Assembly (NCBI GenBank): GCA_963662465.1 | Contig: OY759599.1 | Coordinates: 5,696,001-5,760,000 of the forward strand | Length of the DNA stretch: 64,000 nucleotides | From: Desulfatiglandales bacterium | GTDB taxonomy: Bacteria > Desulfobacterota > DSM-4660 > Desulfatiglandales > Desulfatiglandaceae | Direction: 5' to 3' | Shown here: positions 38,478-47,974 of the stretch, one piece after another | Numbering within the stretch: the first letter of the stretch is position 1 | Layout of the letters: every line of letters starts with the position of its first letter | Notes under the pieces: model-generated | Told to the model about the DNA's origin: nothing | Seen by the model: only the letters and a program-made list of their open reading frames with translations | The model's database searches: none | Program-made: the position numbers and the translations under genes

Positions 38478-39947
38478 TCAAGTCCCCGTTCTCCATTCCG
38501 AGCGTTGCACTGGAAGAGAAAGGGTCAGCACCAGATGCTCCCGTTCCTGAACCAGACTCAACAGCCCGCCCATCTGTTTCAAAATTCGGAAGGAGAGGGG
38601 AAGGCCCATATTTTCATCCGAATCCTCCAGGGGCATGAAATAATGAACCGGGTCCTTTAATCCGGCCCGGGAAACAGGGGCTTTGAGTTCCAGGTGGAGA
38701 TGGGCGTCACTCTCAAAAGTTTTCAAATGGATCGTACCGCCTTCCGGCATCCGGGCCGCCGTATTGCGAAGCAGTTGGGTAATGACCCTTTCCAACACGT
38801 TTTGATCGGTGTACAGGTCGGAAAGATCCGCTCCCACTTCCACTTGAAAACCTACCCCCGCTTCTTTCATGTCGGTTGCCAGTTCAGCCACGACCTTCTT
38901 CACAAGGGTGTTGATGGAAGCGGGCGCCCGGGTGAGTTTCACGGGTTGGAGATAGACCATAATTTTGGCCAGGATTTCCTCCAGCCGCTTGACTTCGCGG
39001 ACAATGATGTCGCCTTCCCGCAGTTGCGGATGGGATTTCCGCAGGCGTCGGGCAAACCCGCCGATGGCCACCAGCGGGTTTCTGATCTCATGGGCTACCT
39101 CACCCAGCACGGCCCCCAGAATTTCGATCTTTTCTTTCTGCACCGCGGATTGCTCCAAAATCACCCGGTCGGTGATGTCCACCGCCAGACCCTGAATCAG
39201 GTTCGGCGACCCCATGTTCCCAACCGTGGGCAGGGGGATGGATTTGATCATGGCGTGAATCAGATGGTCGGTCCTGTGCCTGAGCCGGCATTCCACGGAA
39301 AAATGGGATGTGGCGGATCGGAAAGCCGATAAAAAAGCGTTTTTAACCCGGTTCAGATCCTCGGGGTGAATTCGCGCAAGAAACCAGTCCGGTTCCCCAA
39401 GGGCCTCCTCGGGGGTATATCCCAGCATGGACTTCGAGGCCTGGTTGACAAACGCCAGCTGAAAATCACCGCGCACCACTACGATCAGGGACGGCAGGTT
39501 CTGGACCAGGCGGAAATACCGCTGCTCGTTCACGCGAACCTGCTCCCGGAGCTCCCGACGCTCTGAAAACCGCTTCAGACACCACTTGAGGTCATGTCTT
39601 TCAATGGGTTTTTGAAGATAGTCGCAGGCCCCCACCCGAAGGGCCTGGATGGCATTTTCAACATTACCGAAGCCGGTGACAAAGACGATCTCCAGGTTTT
39701 CATCCTGCTTTTTGAGAAGGGCGGCCAGATCCAAGCCGCTCATTTCCGGCAATTGAATGTCCACGAAGGCCAGCGCAAACCGTTCTTTTTCCGCTATCCG
39801 CAGGGCCTTGCGAGGATGATCGCAGACCAGGGCTTTAAAGCCCTCCCGTTCCAGCAGCACCGCCATAAGGTGGCCTATGGCAGGGTCGTCGTCCACCACC
39901 AAAATCTTATTGCTTTTGTTTTGCGGATTTCTGATTTCCGATTGCAT
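38478..39947 (-). CDS. Receiver-PAS-HisKA signalling protein with degenerate HATPase domain
   Basis: REC (VVDDD, VDIQLPEMSG, VTGFG, KP), PAS (RIHPED) and H-box VAHEIRNPL. The C-terminus lacks recognisable DxGxG/GxGL boxes. Confidence 0.85.
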   Translation of the reverse strand: MQSEIRNPQNKSNKILVVDDDPAIGHLMAVLLEREGFKALVCDHPRKALRIAEKERFALAFVDIQLPEMSGLDLAALLKKQDENLEIVFVTGFGNVENAIQALRVGACDYLQKPIERHDLKWCLKRFSERRELREQVRVNEQRYFRLVQNLPSLIVVVRGDFQLAFVNQASKSMLGYTPEEALGEPDWFLARIHPEDLNRVKNAFLSAFRSATSHFSVECRLRHRTDHLIHAMIKSIPLPTVGNMGSPNLIQGLAVDITDRVILEQSAVQKEKIEILGAVLGEVAHEIRNPLVAIGGFARRLRKSHPQLREGDIIVREVKRLEEILAKIMVYLQPVKLTRAPASINTLVKKVVAELATDMKEAGVGFQVEVGADLSDLYTDQNVLERVITQLLRNTAARMPEGGTIHLKTFESDAHLHLELKAPVSRAGLKDPVHYFMPLEDSDENMGLPLSFRILKQMGGLLSLVQEREHLVLTLSLPVQRSEWRTGT

Positions 39948-40106
39948 GTGATGCTCCTAACCGTCTTAAAGGTTTCGAGCTGTGCGGTCAGCCGTTTTTT
40001 ATCGGGTACACGGGAAGGGTCACACCTGAGTAGGGTTTAATTGATCAAGATCTTGCCAGAAAAAGAAAGAAAGGGCAATAGAATCTTTGTGTAAATATGG
40101 GAACAT

Positions 40107-40420
40107 CTTACTTATTTTTTGAGTATATTTTCGGAATTAAGCAGAGCAAAATTCGAATTTGTTACAACTGTTATTTTTTTCAATTATAAAAAATTAATCA
40201 TAATAATAAAGAAGTGAAAGTTTGTTTAAAAGTCAAATAACCAACTGATTTTGTAAATTATATTTTCGGAATTCGGTTATAAAACAATAACCTGGTTCTT
40301 TCAGAAAACAGCTTTCAGCATCATCTTTTTTGGTTTTTTGACAAAGTTTGACATAAAATAAACAGCTCTAAATTTTATCGACTAATAAAACGCAAAAGGC
40401 TTGGTTCTAACTTCGGCCAC
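40107..40420. repeat. AT-rich non-coding direct repeat, copy A2
   Basis: Direct, diverged copy of 37057-37390. Confidence 0.88.
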
Positions 40421-40499
40421 ACTTTATAGGGAGGAATGAAAAATATTCAATTTGAAAAAGTGCGGGATATTTCAAATCGCCGGGGGGCTGATATATCCC

Positions 40500-40665
40500 A
40501 GGCCTGAAGAGCCGTGACATACCAGCCCAGGGCAACGCCCTAGGAACAAGTTGTGAGGATCATTGACCCCTGTAAGGTCTTGACATTATACAAATAAGCT
40601 ATAGCCTAGCGTCTTATGTACCGCCTTTTCAGGGCTGGATCAGAAAGGTATCAATTCAGTCGCGA
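40500..40665 (+). repeat. Composite REP-like element B2, inverted relative to B1
   Basis: AGGCCTGAAGAGCCGTGACATACCAGCCCAGGGCAACGCCCTAGG...AATTCAGTCGCGA matches the reverse complement of 37398-37563. Confidence 0.82.
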
Positions 40666-40801
40666 AGCACTAATTGATCAGAGCTGCAATAACCAAATTC
40701 AAGTTCCAATTAAATGTGATGTTCCCCAATCGTCTTAAAAGTTTTGAGCCGTGCGGTTAACTCTCAAATTCCCGTTGGCAACAGGGACCAAATGATCCCA
40801 T

Positions 40802-42457
40802 TTATGCCCCGCCCCTTTCCTTAAGTACCGATGCCAACCGCGGCACCACCTGCTTTTTGCGGCTCATGACCCCCGGCAGGGACAGCAGGCCGGCATCATC
40901 AACCGACACATTGAAGGCAAGGGCCGCCAGAGCCAGCCCTTTTTCACTATTGGTCAATAAGAGACTCCGTTCCTCTAGAATATCGGTCAGCACCAGTACG
41001 GCCATGGACAACCCGGATTCCTTTGTCGCTTTCCGGAGTTCATACCGCAATGCTTCCACCGACGGCATGGATTTTTCGATCTCCGTCAGCTCGGTCTGGC
41101 CGATACCGATCTCGTGACCCCCGAATCGATAGATTTTCCAGTCGTGATGTACCCACCAGCGGGGTGGCGGCGGGGGCGTGGGGAGGCGTGCGCGAAACAG
41201 GGCACGGGCCAGCTTTCCCATATCCTCTCCGGCCTTTTCCGCCAGCCATCGGGCGGCCTTTTTATCCCGCTCCGTTGTGGTGGGAGAACGAAATTCCACA
41301 GTATCGCTCAAAATGGCCCCCAGCATGGCCCCGGCCATGGGGATAGAAAGCGGTGTATGATGCCGCCGGTAGAGTTCAGCAATCAGGGTGCAGGTACATC
41401 CCAGGGGTTCCACCAGCATTTGAAGGGGCGCCAGGGTTCGCAGACCCCCGAGGTTGTGATGGTCAATAATAGCCAGGATTTCACTTTCCAAAATCCCCGC
41501 GGCCGCCTGGTCCGGATGGTTGTGGTCCGTGAGAATCACGCGCCTGCGGTGCTGTCCCGCCAGGTGACGCCGCAGCAGAAGACCTTTCAGCATCCCATTC
41601 TTGTCCACCGCCGGCACGGCGGCCAGGCGATGTTGGCGAATCCGGTCAAACCCATCCGTCAACAGGTCTTCCTCGCGAACCATTGGGGGTTTTGGGTCCA
41701 TGGCGCAGGTCAACGGAAGGCTCTGCTGAATAAGCTGCGCCACGGCAAAAGCGGCTTTCCGGGTACGGAGAATCACCACCCCACTGGATTCAGCTTTTGT
41801 CAGAGCGTCATGAGAGATGGGGGCGTCGTCGGTCGCCACGAGACAGCCCGCTCCAGCGCATATGGCGGCATATTGAACATCCGGTTGATTCCCCACAATC
41901 ACCAGGTCGCCCAGGTCCACCCGCTTGGGCACATGACTTTTGGAAAAAGTGGCAATGCACACACGGCCGCGAACCACCACGGAATCCCGGCCGGCAACCA
42001 GCTCCGCTTCAAGAGTGCGGCGCAACAGGGCAAGGGGAAGTTCCACCCGCCTGGGCAACTGTAACTCAGCCAGATACCGGTCCGCCAGTTTCTCATGGGC
42101 CAGCAATCCGGTCAATCGACCTTCAGAATTCACCACCGGCAAGGCGCCCAGTCCATTAGCCTGCATGAGCAACCCCCCTTCCCGCAGGGTTTGATCGGTA
42201 CGAAGCGTGGGCGCATCGATTACCATGGCATCCCCCACCCGCAGATAGACATCCTCGATGGTTCGGGGAGCCGGCAGCGCCAGGTGATCCAGCAGCCAGG
42301 CCGTTTCCCGGTTCAGTTCATCCAGGTGACAGGCAACCGTCTTTTCTCCGGTCTGCCAGGCATAAAAAGCGGCATAGGCCATGGCGGAACAGACCGCGTC
42401 CGTATCCGGGTCATGGTGCCCCACTACCAATACTTCGTCAATCATGGACGGTATCAT
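40802..42457 (-). CDS. ppaC: Family II Mn-dependent inorganic pyrophosphatase with CBS-DRTGG insert
   Basis: GHHDPDTDAVCS, CBS and DRTGG-like insert, LTDHN, IIDHH, ILSDTVEFRSPTTT and MSRKKQVVP. Confidence 0.9.
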   Translation of the reverse strand: MIPSMIDEVLVVGHHDPDTDAVCSAMAYAAFYAWQTGEKTVACHLDELNRETAWLLDHLALPAPRTIEDVYLRVGDAMVIDAPTLRTDQTLREGGLLMQANGLGALPVVNSEGRLTGLLAHEKLADRYLAELQLPRRVELPLALLRRTLEAELVAGRDSVVVRGRVCIATFSKSHVPKRVDLGDLVIVGNQPDVQYAAICAGAGCLVATDDAPISHDALTKAESSGVVILRTRKAAFAVAQLIQQSLPLTCAMDPKPPMVREEDLLTDGFDRIRQHRLAAVPAVDKNGMLKGLLLRRHLAGQHRRRVILTDHNHPDQAAAGILESEILAIIDHHNLGGLRTLAPLQMLVEPLGCTCTLIAELYRRHHTPLSIPMAGAMLGAILSDTVEFRSPTTTERDKKAARWLAEKAGEDMGKLARALFRARLPTPPPPPRWWVHHDWKIYRFGGHEIGIGQTELTEIEKSMPSVEALRYELRKATKESGLSMAVLVLTDILEERSLLLTNSEKGLALAALAFNVSVDDAGLLSLPGVMSRKKQVVPRLASVLKERGGA

Positions 42458-42489
42458 TCGGTTTCCTTCAAAGGGGATTGGGTTACGGT

Positions 42490-43035
42490 TCAGCCGCCGT
42501 AATCGTGATCATCGGGCAATGCGGCATTGTCTTCACAATCAAGGAGCGGATCATCGGGATCCGGCTTGCTATGGTATGCCAACCGAATAATACTTCCCTT
42601 TGGAGGAACGCAGGACAAGCGTGCTTCGAAGTGAGATGGGCGATGTTTTCGAGCCCCAGGGGTCTTGGGCAGGATTTTGGGGATATAGGGGGCATTGGTC
42701 TGGTTAATGACCGCCCCGGAAGGCGAAACCACGGCCACATCCACATGACCCATGCCGGAAAACGCGGTGTTGCGGCGCCGCACTTCCCCCGCAATCAACA
42801 GTTCATCGCCTTCCTGTTTTGCTGTGATATTCGACAGAAGCACCCGTGAAGAGGGGATGGGTTCGACAAACAGGTTCCCCATAGGGGCAAGGGAAGAGTA
42901 CCGTGATGCGCATCCTGCCATACTGACGCCGACGGCAAGCCAGAGCAGCAACGGAAAAAGTGGGCATTTTCCGCCAATCGCGGGTACAATCCTGTGTAAC
43001 GATGTTTTTCTAAAGTGTAAAATAGGCTTTTTCAA
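42490..43035 (-). CDS. Hypothetical lipoprotein
   Basis: TTG 43035 after a GAGGAG RBS. Hydrophobic stretch ending in the lipobox-like SMAGC, then a globular domain with GHVDVAV. Confidence 0.55.
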   Translation of the reverse strand: MKKPILHFRKTSLHRIVPAIGGKCPLFPLLLWLAVGVSMAGCASRYSSLAPMGNLFVEPIPSSRVLLSNITAKQEGDELLIAGEVRRRNTAFSGMGHVDVAVVSPSGAVINQTNAPYIPKILPKTPGARKHRPSHFEARLSCVPPKGSIIRLAYHSKPDPDDPLLDCEDNAALPDDHDYGG

Positions 43036-43208
43036 GGCTTGCTCCTCTTTTTCCGGTGTGTCCGCTGGGAACGATATTAAAGAAAAATGATCAGTTGCTT
43101 TTCCATATGAAAAAAAATATAAAAAAATACCCCTGTGCGTCAAGGGAAAAGGTTCCCTGCGCAGACCTGGCGAAATCAATCCCTCGGTTCATAGCTAAGG
43201 AGAAAACC

Positions 43209-44009
43209 GTGCCATTTGAAATGATTAACGGACGAAAGCTTTATTATGAAACCCATGGTGAAGGTGAACCCATTGTTCTGCTTCACCACGGCTTTGGCTG
43301 CACCAAAATCTGGAAGGAAATTTTTCCATCATTGGTAAAAGCGGGTCACCGGGTTTTAATGTTCGATCGAAGAGGATACGGACGTTCCGAGGGGGGGGCC
43401 GATTTTCCGGACTTTTTTGTGAGCGAAGCATTTCGAAAAGAGAATGTGAACGACATGCTGCTGCTCCTGGATCGCCTGGGATTTGATGCTTTCCATCTGG
43501 TGGGGCAATGCGAGGGAGGCGTTATTGCCCTTGATTTTACGGCCCGATACCCGGAAAAGGTCAAAACCATCGCCATTTCAAGCACCCTCTGCTACAGCGT
43601 GGAGACGATTCCCGAAAGAAACAAGGTGGATTTCCCCAAACCCTTTAATGAACTGGACCCGGCTCTCCAAAAAAAGCTCATGGACTGGCATGGCGAGGAT
43701 TATGCAGCATCCTTTTTCAATCAATTTCGTTATGCCGGCGGCGCCTATGGAACGGGCATTTTTGACATCCGGCCCCTGTTGCCTGCGGTCAAATGTCCGG
43801 CCCTGGTACTCTATCCCGACCGCAGCAAGCTTTTTGACGTAGAACAGGGTGTCGCCTTTTACCGACATCTGCCGGCGGGCGAACTTTCGGTGCTTCCCAT
43901 GTGCGGGCATAATACCTACGAACATCAGCCCGAAGAATATGTGCATGTACTTTTGGGGTTTTTAGCGCGACACGGGATGAAACGCGCAAAACCCATTGAA
44001 AAACCGTAA
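43209..44009 (+). CDS. Alpha/beta-fold hydrolase with Cys at the nucleophile position
   Basis: GTG 43209 after AAGGAG. LLHHGFG, FDRRGYGRS, GQCEGG nucleophile elbow and C-terminal CGHNTYEHQPE. Confidence 0.85.
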   Translation: MPFEMINGRKLYYETHGEGEPIVLLHHGFGCTKIWKEIFPSLVKAGHRVLMFDRRGYGRSEGGADFPDFFVSEAFRKENVNDMLLLLDRLGFDAFHLVGQCEGGVIALDFTARYPEKVKTIAISSTLCYSVETIPERNKVDFPKPFNELDPALQKKLMDWHGEDYAASFFNQFRYAGGAYGTGIFDIRPLLPAVKCPALVLYPDRSKLFDVEQGVAFYRHLPAGELSVLPMCGHNTYEHQPEEYVHVLLGFLARHGMKRAKPIEKP

Positions 44010-44038
44010 ACCGGTTTATAAAAAAAGGAGATTTTCAA

Positions 44039-44731
44039 ATGAATATGACATCGGAAGTGGAGGGGATGGTCTGTGTGGCCAAGGGACCGAAAAACGGTCC
44101 GGCGCCCATTCCCGAGGAAGGCAAATGGGTTCAAGCCAAACAAATTAATGACATTTCGGGTTTGACCCATGGGGTCGGCTGGTGCGCCCCCCAGCAGGGG
44201 GCCAGCAAACTGACCCTGAATGTGAAAAACGGCATTATCGAAGAGGCACTGGTGGAAACCCTCGGGTGTACGGGCATGACGCACTCCGCCGCCATGGCCG
44301 CGGAAATCCTTCCGGGAAAAACCATCTTGGAGGCCCTTAATACGGACCTGGTGTGCGACGCCATCAACGTGGCCATGCGGGAACTCTTTCTACAGATCGT
44401 TTACGGTCGGACCCAAACCGCCTTTTCCGAAGGGGGGCTTCCCATCGGCGCCGGGCTGGAAGATCTGGGAAAAGGGTTTCGAAGCGTCGTCGGCACCATG
44501 TACGGCACGAATGCCAAGGGAGCCCGATACCTCGAAATGGCGGAAGGATACGTCAAAAGAATCGCGCTCGATGAAAACCAGGAGATCATCGGATATGAAT
44601 TTGTTCAACTGGGTATCATGATGGACCTCATTGAAAAGGGTATGGATGCGAATGATGCCCTTAAAAAGGCCACAGGAACCTACGGCCGGTTTCAGGACGC
44701 CGTCACAACCATCAATCCGAGACACCAATAA
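44039..44731 (+). CDS. NifU/IscU-like protein partnered with GGGtGRT protein
   Basis: GWCAPQQG...KLTLNVKNGIIEEALVETLGCTGMTHSAAMA...DLVCDAIN: three IscU-like spaced cysteines. Confidence 0.8.
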   Translation: MNMTSEVEGMVCVAKGPKNGPAPIPEEGKWVQAKQINDISGLTHGVGWCAPQQGASKLTLNVKNGIIEEALVETLGCTGMTHSAAMAAEILPGKTILEALNTDLVCDAINVAMRELFLQIVYGRTQTAFSEGGLPIGAGLEDLGKGFRSVVGTMYGTNAKGARYLEMAEGYVKRIALDENQEIIGYEFVQLGIMMDLIEKGMDANDALKKATGTYGRFQDAVTTINPRHQ

Positions 44732-44743
44732 GGGGATCAATCA

Positions 44744-45742
44744 ATGGCACTTTTTGAAGGATATGACAGACGCATCAAACAAGTCTCCTCTGCCCTGGAA
44801 CAATACGGCATTGCCTCCCTGGAAGAGGCCGAGACCATCTGCAAGGAAAAAGGGTTGAATATATACGAAATCGTGAGGGATGTTCAACCCATCTGCTTTG
44901 AAAACGCCTGCTGGGCCTATCTGGTGGGAGCGGCTATCGCCATCAAGAAAGGACAGACCGGGGCTTCGGATATCGCGGAAACCCTTGGGATTGGATTGCA
45001 AGCCTTTTGCATTCCCGGTTCCGTCGCGGACGACCGGAAGGTGGGTCTCGGGCACGGCAACCTGGCCGCCATGCTGCTGAAAGAAGAAACCCATTGTTTT
45101 GCCTTCGTGGCGGGACATGAGTCCTTTGCCGCAGCCGAAGGGGCCATCGGCCTGGCCAAATCCGCCAACAAAGCCCGCAAAGATCCCTTAAGGGTCATTT
45201 TGAACGGCCTGGGGAAAGATGCGGCCCACATCATCTCGCGTATCAACGGGTTTACCCATGTGATCACAAAATTCGATTATAAAACCGGCATTTTGGAAAT
45301 CGTCAAGGAGACCCCCTATTCAAAGGGGGACCGGGCCAGGGTGAAGTGCTACGGCGCCGACGACGTGCGGGAAGGGGTGGCCATCAACCACCACGAAGGG
45401 GTGGATGTGTCCATTACGGGAAATTCCACCAACCCCACCCGTTTTCAGCACCCGGTGGCCGGCACCTACAAGAAAGAATGTCAATTGAAAGGGAAAAAGT
45501 ATTTTTCCGTGGCCTCCGGCGGCGGTACGGGAAGGACCCTTCATCCCGACAACATGGCCGCCGGCCCCGCTTCCTACGGCATGACCGACACCATGGGAAG
45601 GATGCATTCGGACGCCCAGTTTGCCGGCTCCTCGTCGGTTCCCGCCCATGTGGAAATGATGGGGTTCATCGGCATGGGAAACAACCCCATGGTGGGGGCT
45701 TCAGTTGCCGTGGCCGTGGCTGTGGAACAGGCCATGAAATAA
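44744..45742 (+). CDS. GGGtGRT family protein, function unknown
   Basis: Literal ASGGGTGRTLHPDN motif, plus GHESFAAAEGAI and HSDAQFAGSSSVPAHVEMMG. Confidence 0.92.
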   Translation: MALFEGYDRRIKQVSSALEQYGIASLEEAETICKEKGLNIYEIVRDVQPICFENACWAYLVGAAIAIKKGQTGASDIAETLGIGLQAFCIPGSVADDRKVGLGHGNLAAMLLKEETHCFAFVAGHESFAAAEGAIGLAKSANKARKDPLRVILNGLGKDAAHIISRINGFTHVITKFDYKTGILEIVKETPYSKGDRARVKCYGADDVREGVAINHHEGVDVSITGNSTNPTRFQHPVAGTYKKECQLKGKKYFSVASGGGTGRTLHPDNMAAGPASYGMTDTMGRMHSDAQFAGSSSVPAHVEMMGFIGMGNNPMVGASVAVAVAVEQAMK

Positions 45743-45748
45743 AGTTTT

Positions 45749-45778
45749 CCCGTTCCCACACCGGCGCGTGGGAACGGG
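45749..45778. repeat. REP-like hairpin after GGGtGRT gene
   Basis: CCCGTTCCCAC-ACCGGCGC-GTGGGAACGGG. Confidence 0.65.
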
Positions 45779-45806
45779 CGCAGATTCCCAGCATAGGAAC
45801 GAAAGA

Positions 45807-46658
45807 ATGGAAAACAGCATCTATCAAATCAAAACCATGACCCGGGAACAGGTGGATCTGGCCGTCGACTGGGCCGCCGACGAGGCGTGGAATCCGGGGC
45901 TTCATGATGGGGATTCATTTTATGCCGCCGACCCCGAGGGATTTTTCATGGGATTCCTGGACGGGGAACCTGTCGCCTCTATTTCCGCGGTTCGCTACGG
46001 TGAAACCTTCGGGTTTATCGGCTTTTTCATGGTGAAATCAAAATACCGGGGCAGGGGCTATGGATTTGAGATCGGGCAGCGGGCACTGGTGCACCTGAGA
46101 GGACGCCTGATTGGCCTGGATGGCGTTGTGGCACAGCAGGAAAATTATAAAAAAGCGGGCTTCACCCTGGCCTGTCGAAACATTCGCTACCAGGGCATTG
46201 GGGTTGGCAAACAGATTGACTATCCAGAAATCGTCTCGTTATCGAGCATCCCCCTTGGAGAAATCCATGCCTGTGATCGAAGGTTCTTTCCCGATGAAAG
46301 GGATGTTTTTGTGAAAAGCTGGATCAACCAACCCGGCAGCCGGGCCCTCGGCATTTGTCGTAAAGGAAATTTGGCGGGCTACGGGGTACTTCGCCCCTGC
46401 CAATCAGGTTACAAAATCGGCCCCCTCTTTGCACCGGATGCCGGATCGGCAAAAGCCCTCTTTACGGTTCTTTCGGGCCATGCTGAAAAAGGCGCCCCGA
46501 TTTATCTGGATGTTCCCGAGATCAATCCATCGGCCGTGGCGCTTGCCGAGGAAAACCGCATGGCGGCGGTTTTTGAAACAGCCCGTATGTATAACGGCAA
46601 ACCACCCCGGCTTCCGGTAAACGAGATCTTCGGGGTTACAACCTTTGAATTGGGTTAA
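45807..46658 (+). CDS. Tandem-domain GNAT family N-acetyltransferase (YitH-like)
   Basis: WAADEAWNPG, acetyl-CoA motif YRGRGYG, KIGPLFA and FETARMY. Confidence 0.85.
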   Translation: MENSIYQIKTMTREQVDLAVDWAADEAWNPGLHDGDSFYAADPEGFFMGFLDGEPVASISAVRYGETFGFIGFFMVKSKYRGRGYGFEIGQRALVHLRGRLIGLDGVVAQQENYKKAGFTLACRNIRYQGIGVGKQIDYPEIVSLSSIPLGEIHACDRRFFPDERDVFVKSWINQPGSRALGICRKGNLAGYGVLRPCQSGYKIGPLFAPDAGSAKALFTVLSGHAEKGAPIYLDVPEINPSAVALAEENRMAAVFETARMYNGKPPRLPVNEIFGVTTFELG

Positions 46659-46702
46659 AGTTCCGGAATCCGAACCCGCAATAGTCGGGTTATCCGTTGG
46701 TT

Positions 46703-47950
46703 TCACCTGGCGGCGCCCTTAAATCCCTGAATGCTGCGTATCCGTTCCAGGACCGGCGGATGACTGTAAGACAAAAAAACCTTGAGAGGATGAGGGGTCA
46801 GGTTGGAGAGGTTGTCCACGCTAAGCTTTTTGAGGGCCGCAATCATGGACTGGGGCCGCTTGTAGGTCCTGACCGCGTAGGCATCGGCTTCGTATTCATG
46901 CCCGCGGGACAGCATGTTGCCAAAAATAGACAGAACCATCTCAATGGGGGTATAAAGAAAGCCAAAAAAGAACAGGCTGGCGTAAATGGAGATATGATCC
47001 ATTCGAAAAGCCTCAAACAGGGCAGGGTTGTTCATGAAGATGGACAAAATATAAAACATGAGTCCCATGGAAAAAATGGAAATCAGGATGGACTTCAGGA
47101 TGTGCTTCTTTTTGTAATGCCCCATTTCGTGAGCCAGAATTGAAACCAGTTCCTCCTTGGTATGCTTTGAAATGAGGGTGTCAAACAGCACAATCCGCCT
47201 GAAACGGCCAAAACCCGTAAAAAAAGCATTGGACTTGGTGGAGCGCTTGGACCCGTCCATGGTATAGATCCCTTTCATTTTGAATCCCTGCTTTTTAGCG
47301 TAGTCCTCAATGGCCTCCTTCAACTCTCCCTGTTCCAGGGGAATGAATTTATTGAAAATGGGCATGATCACCACGGGTGCGATGAACATCAGAAAGACTT
47401 GAATGACCGTGAGCGCCGCCCAGCAATAAAACCATGCCAGAGGGCCGGTTTGTTCAAAAAACCACAAAATGGCTGAAAACACGGGGGCGCCGATGACAAC
47501 GGCCAGCAACCATCCCTTAAGGATGTCGGTCACAAAGGTTTTTGGCGTCGTCTTGTTAAACCCATATTTTCCCTCGATGACAAAAGTGCCGTAGATGGAA
47601 AAGGGAAGGCTCAAGATCTGCGACCCGAACAGGAGGATCGCGGCAAAAATGAGCCCCGTGGCAATAGGCCCCCATTCCAGACTTCGCGCCCACAGGTCCA
47701 CCCGGTTAAATCCCCCCAACAGAATAAAAGCAATGATCGCGGGTGTCGCGATGGAACCGGTGATCAATCCAAATTGGGTGTTTTCCTTGAGATATTCCTG
47801 TGATTTTTTGTACTTTTCCGCATCATAATAGCCGGAGAAAGCTTCGGGTAATTGTGTTTTAAGATGCTTGACATTTAGGATATCCACAATCATCCCAAGT
47901 ACATAATCCCCCACGAGGATAACCAGAATAATAATCAGGAACGCATTCAT
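46703..47950 (-). CDS. M48 family zinc metallopeptidase (STE24-like)
   Basis: Multi-TM; DGSKRSTKSNAFFTG, HEMGH, EYEADAY and YSHPP. Confidence 0.93.
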   Translation of the reverse strand: MNAFLIIILVILVGDYVLGMIVDILNVKHLKTQLPEAFSGYYDAEKYKKSQEYLKENTQFGLITGSIATPAIIAFILLGGFNRVDLWARSLEWGPIATGLIFAAILLFGSQILSLPFSIYGTFVIEGKYGFNKTTPKTFVTDILKGWLLAVVIGAPVFSAILWFFEQTGPLAWFYCWAALTVIQVFLMFIAPVVIMPIFNKFIPLEQGELKEAIEDYAKKQGFKMKGIYTMDGSKRSTKSNAFFTGFGRFRRIVLFDTLISKHTKEELVSILAHEMGHYKKKHILKSILISIFSMGLMFYILSIFMNNPALFEAFRMDHISIYASLFFFGFLYTPIEMVLSIFGNMLSRGHEYEADAYAVRTYKRPQSMIAALKKLSVDNLSNLTPHPLKVFLSYSHPPVLERIRSIQGFKGAAR

Positions 47951-47974
47951 GAACGACTCTCCCAGCCCTTTTTC

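Noticed and set aside
40436..40507. 23-codon ORF MKNIQFEKVRDISNRRGADISQA after GGGAGGA
   Set aside because: The RBS is too close to the ATG and the frame ends inside repeat B2; at most it is an unprovable gene remnant.
36650..40700. CRISPR array in the repeat-rich zone
   Set aside because: There are no regularly spaced identical repeats with unique spacers; the repeats are palindromes or long duplications.
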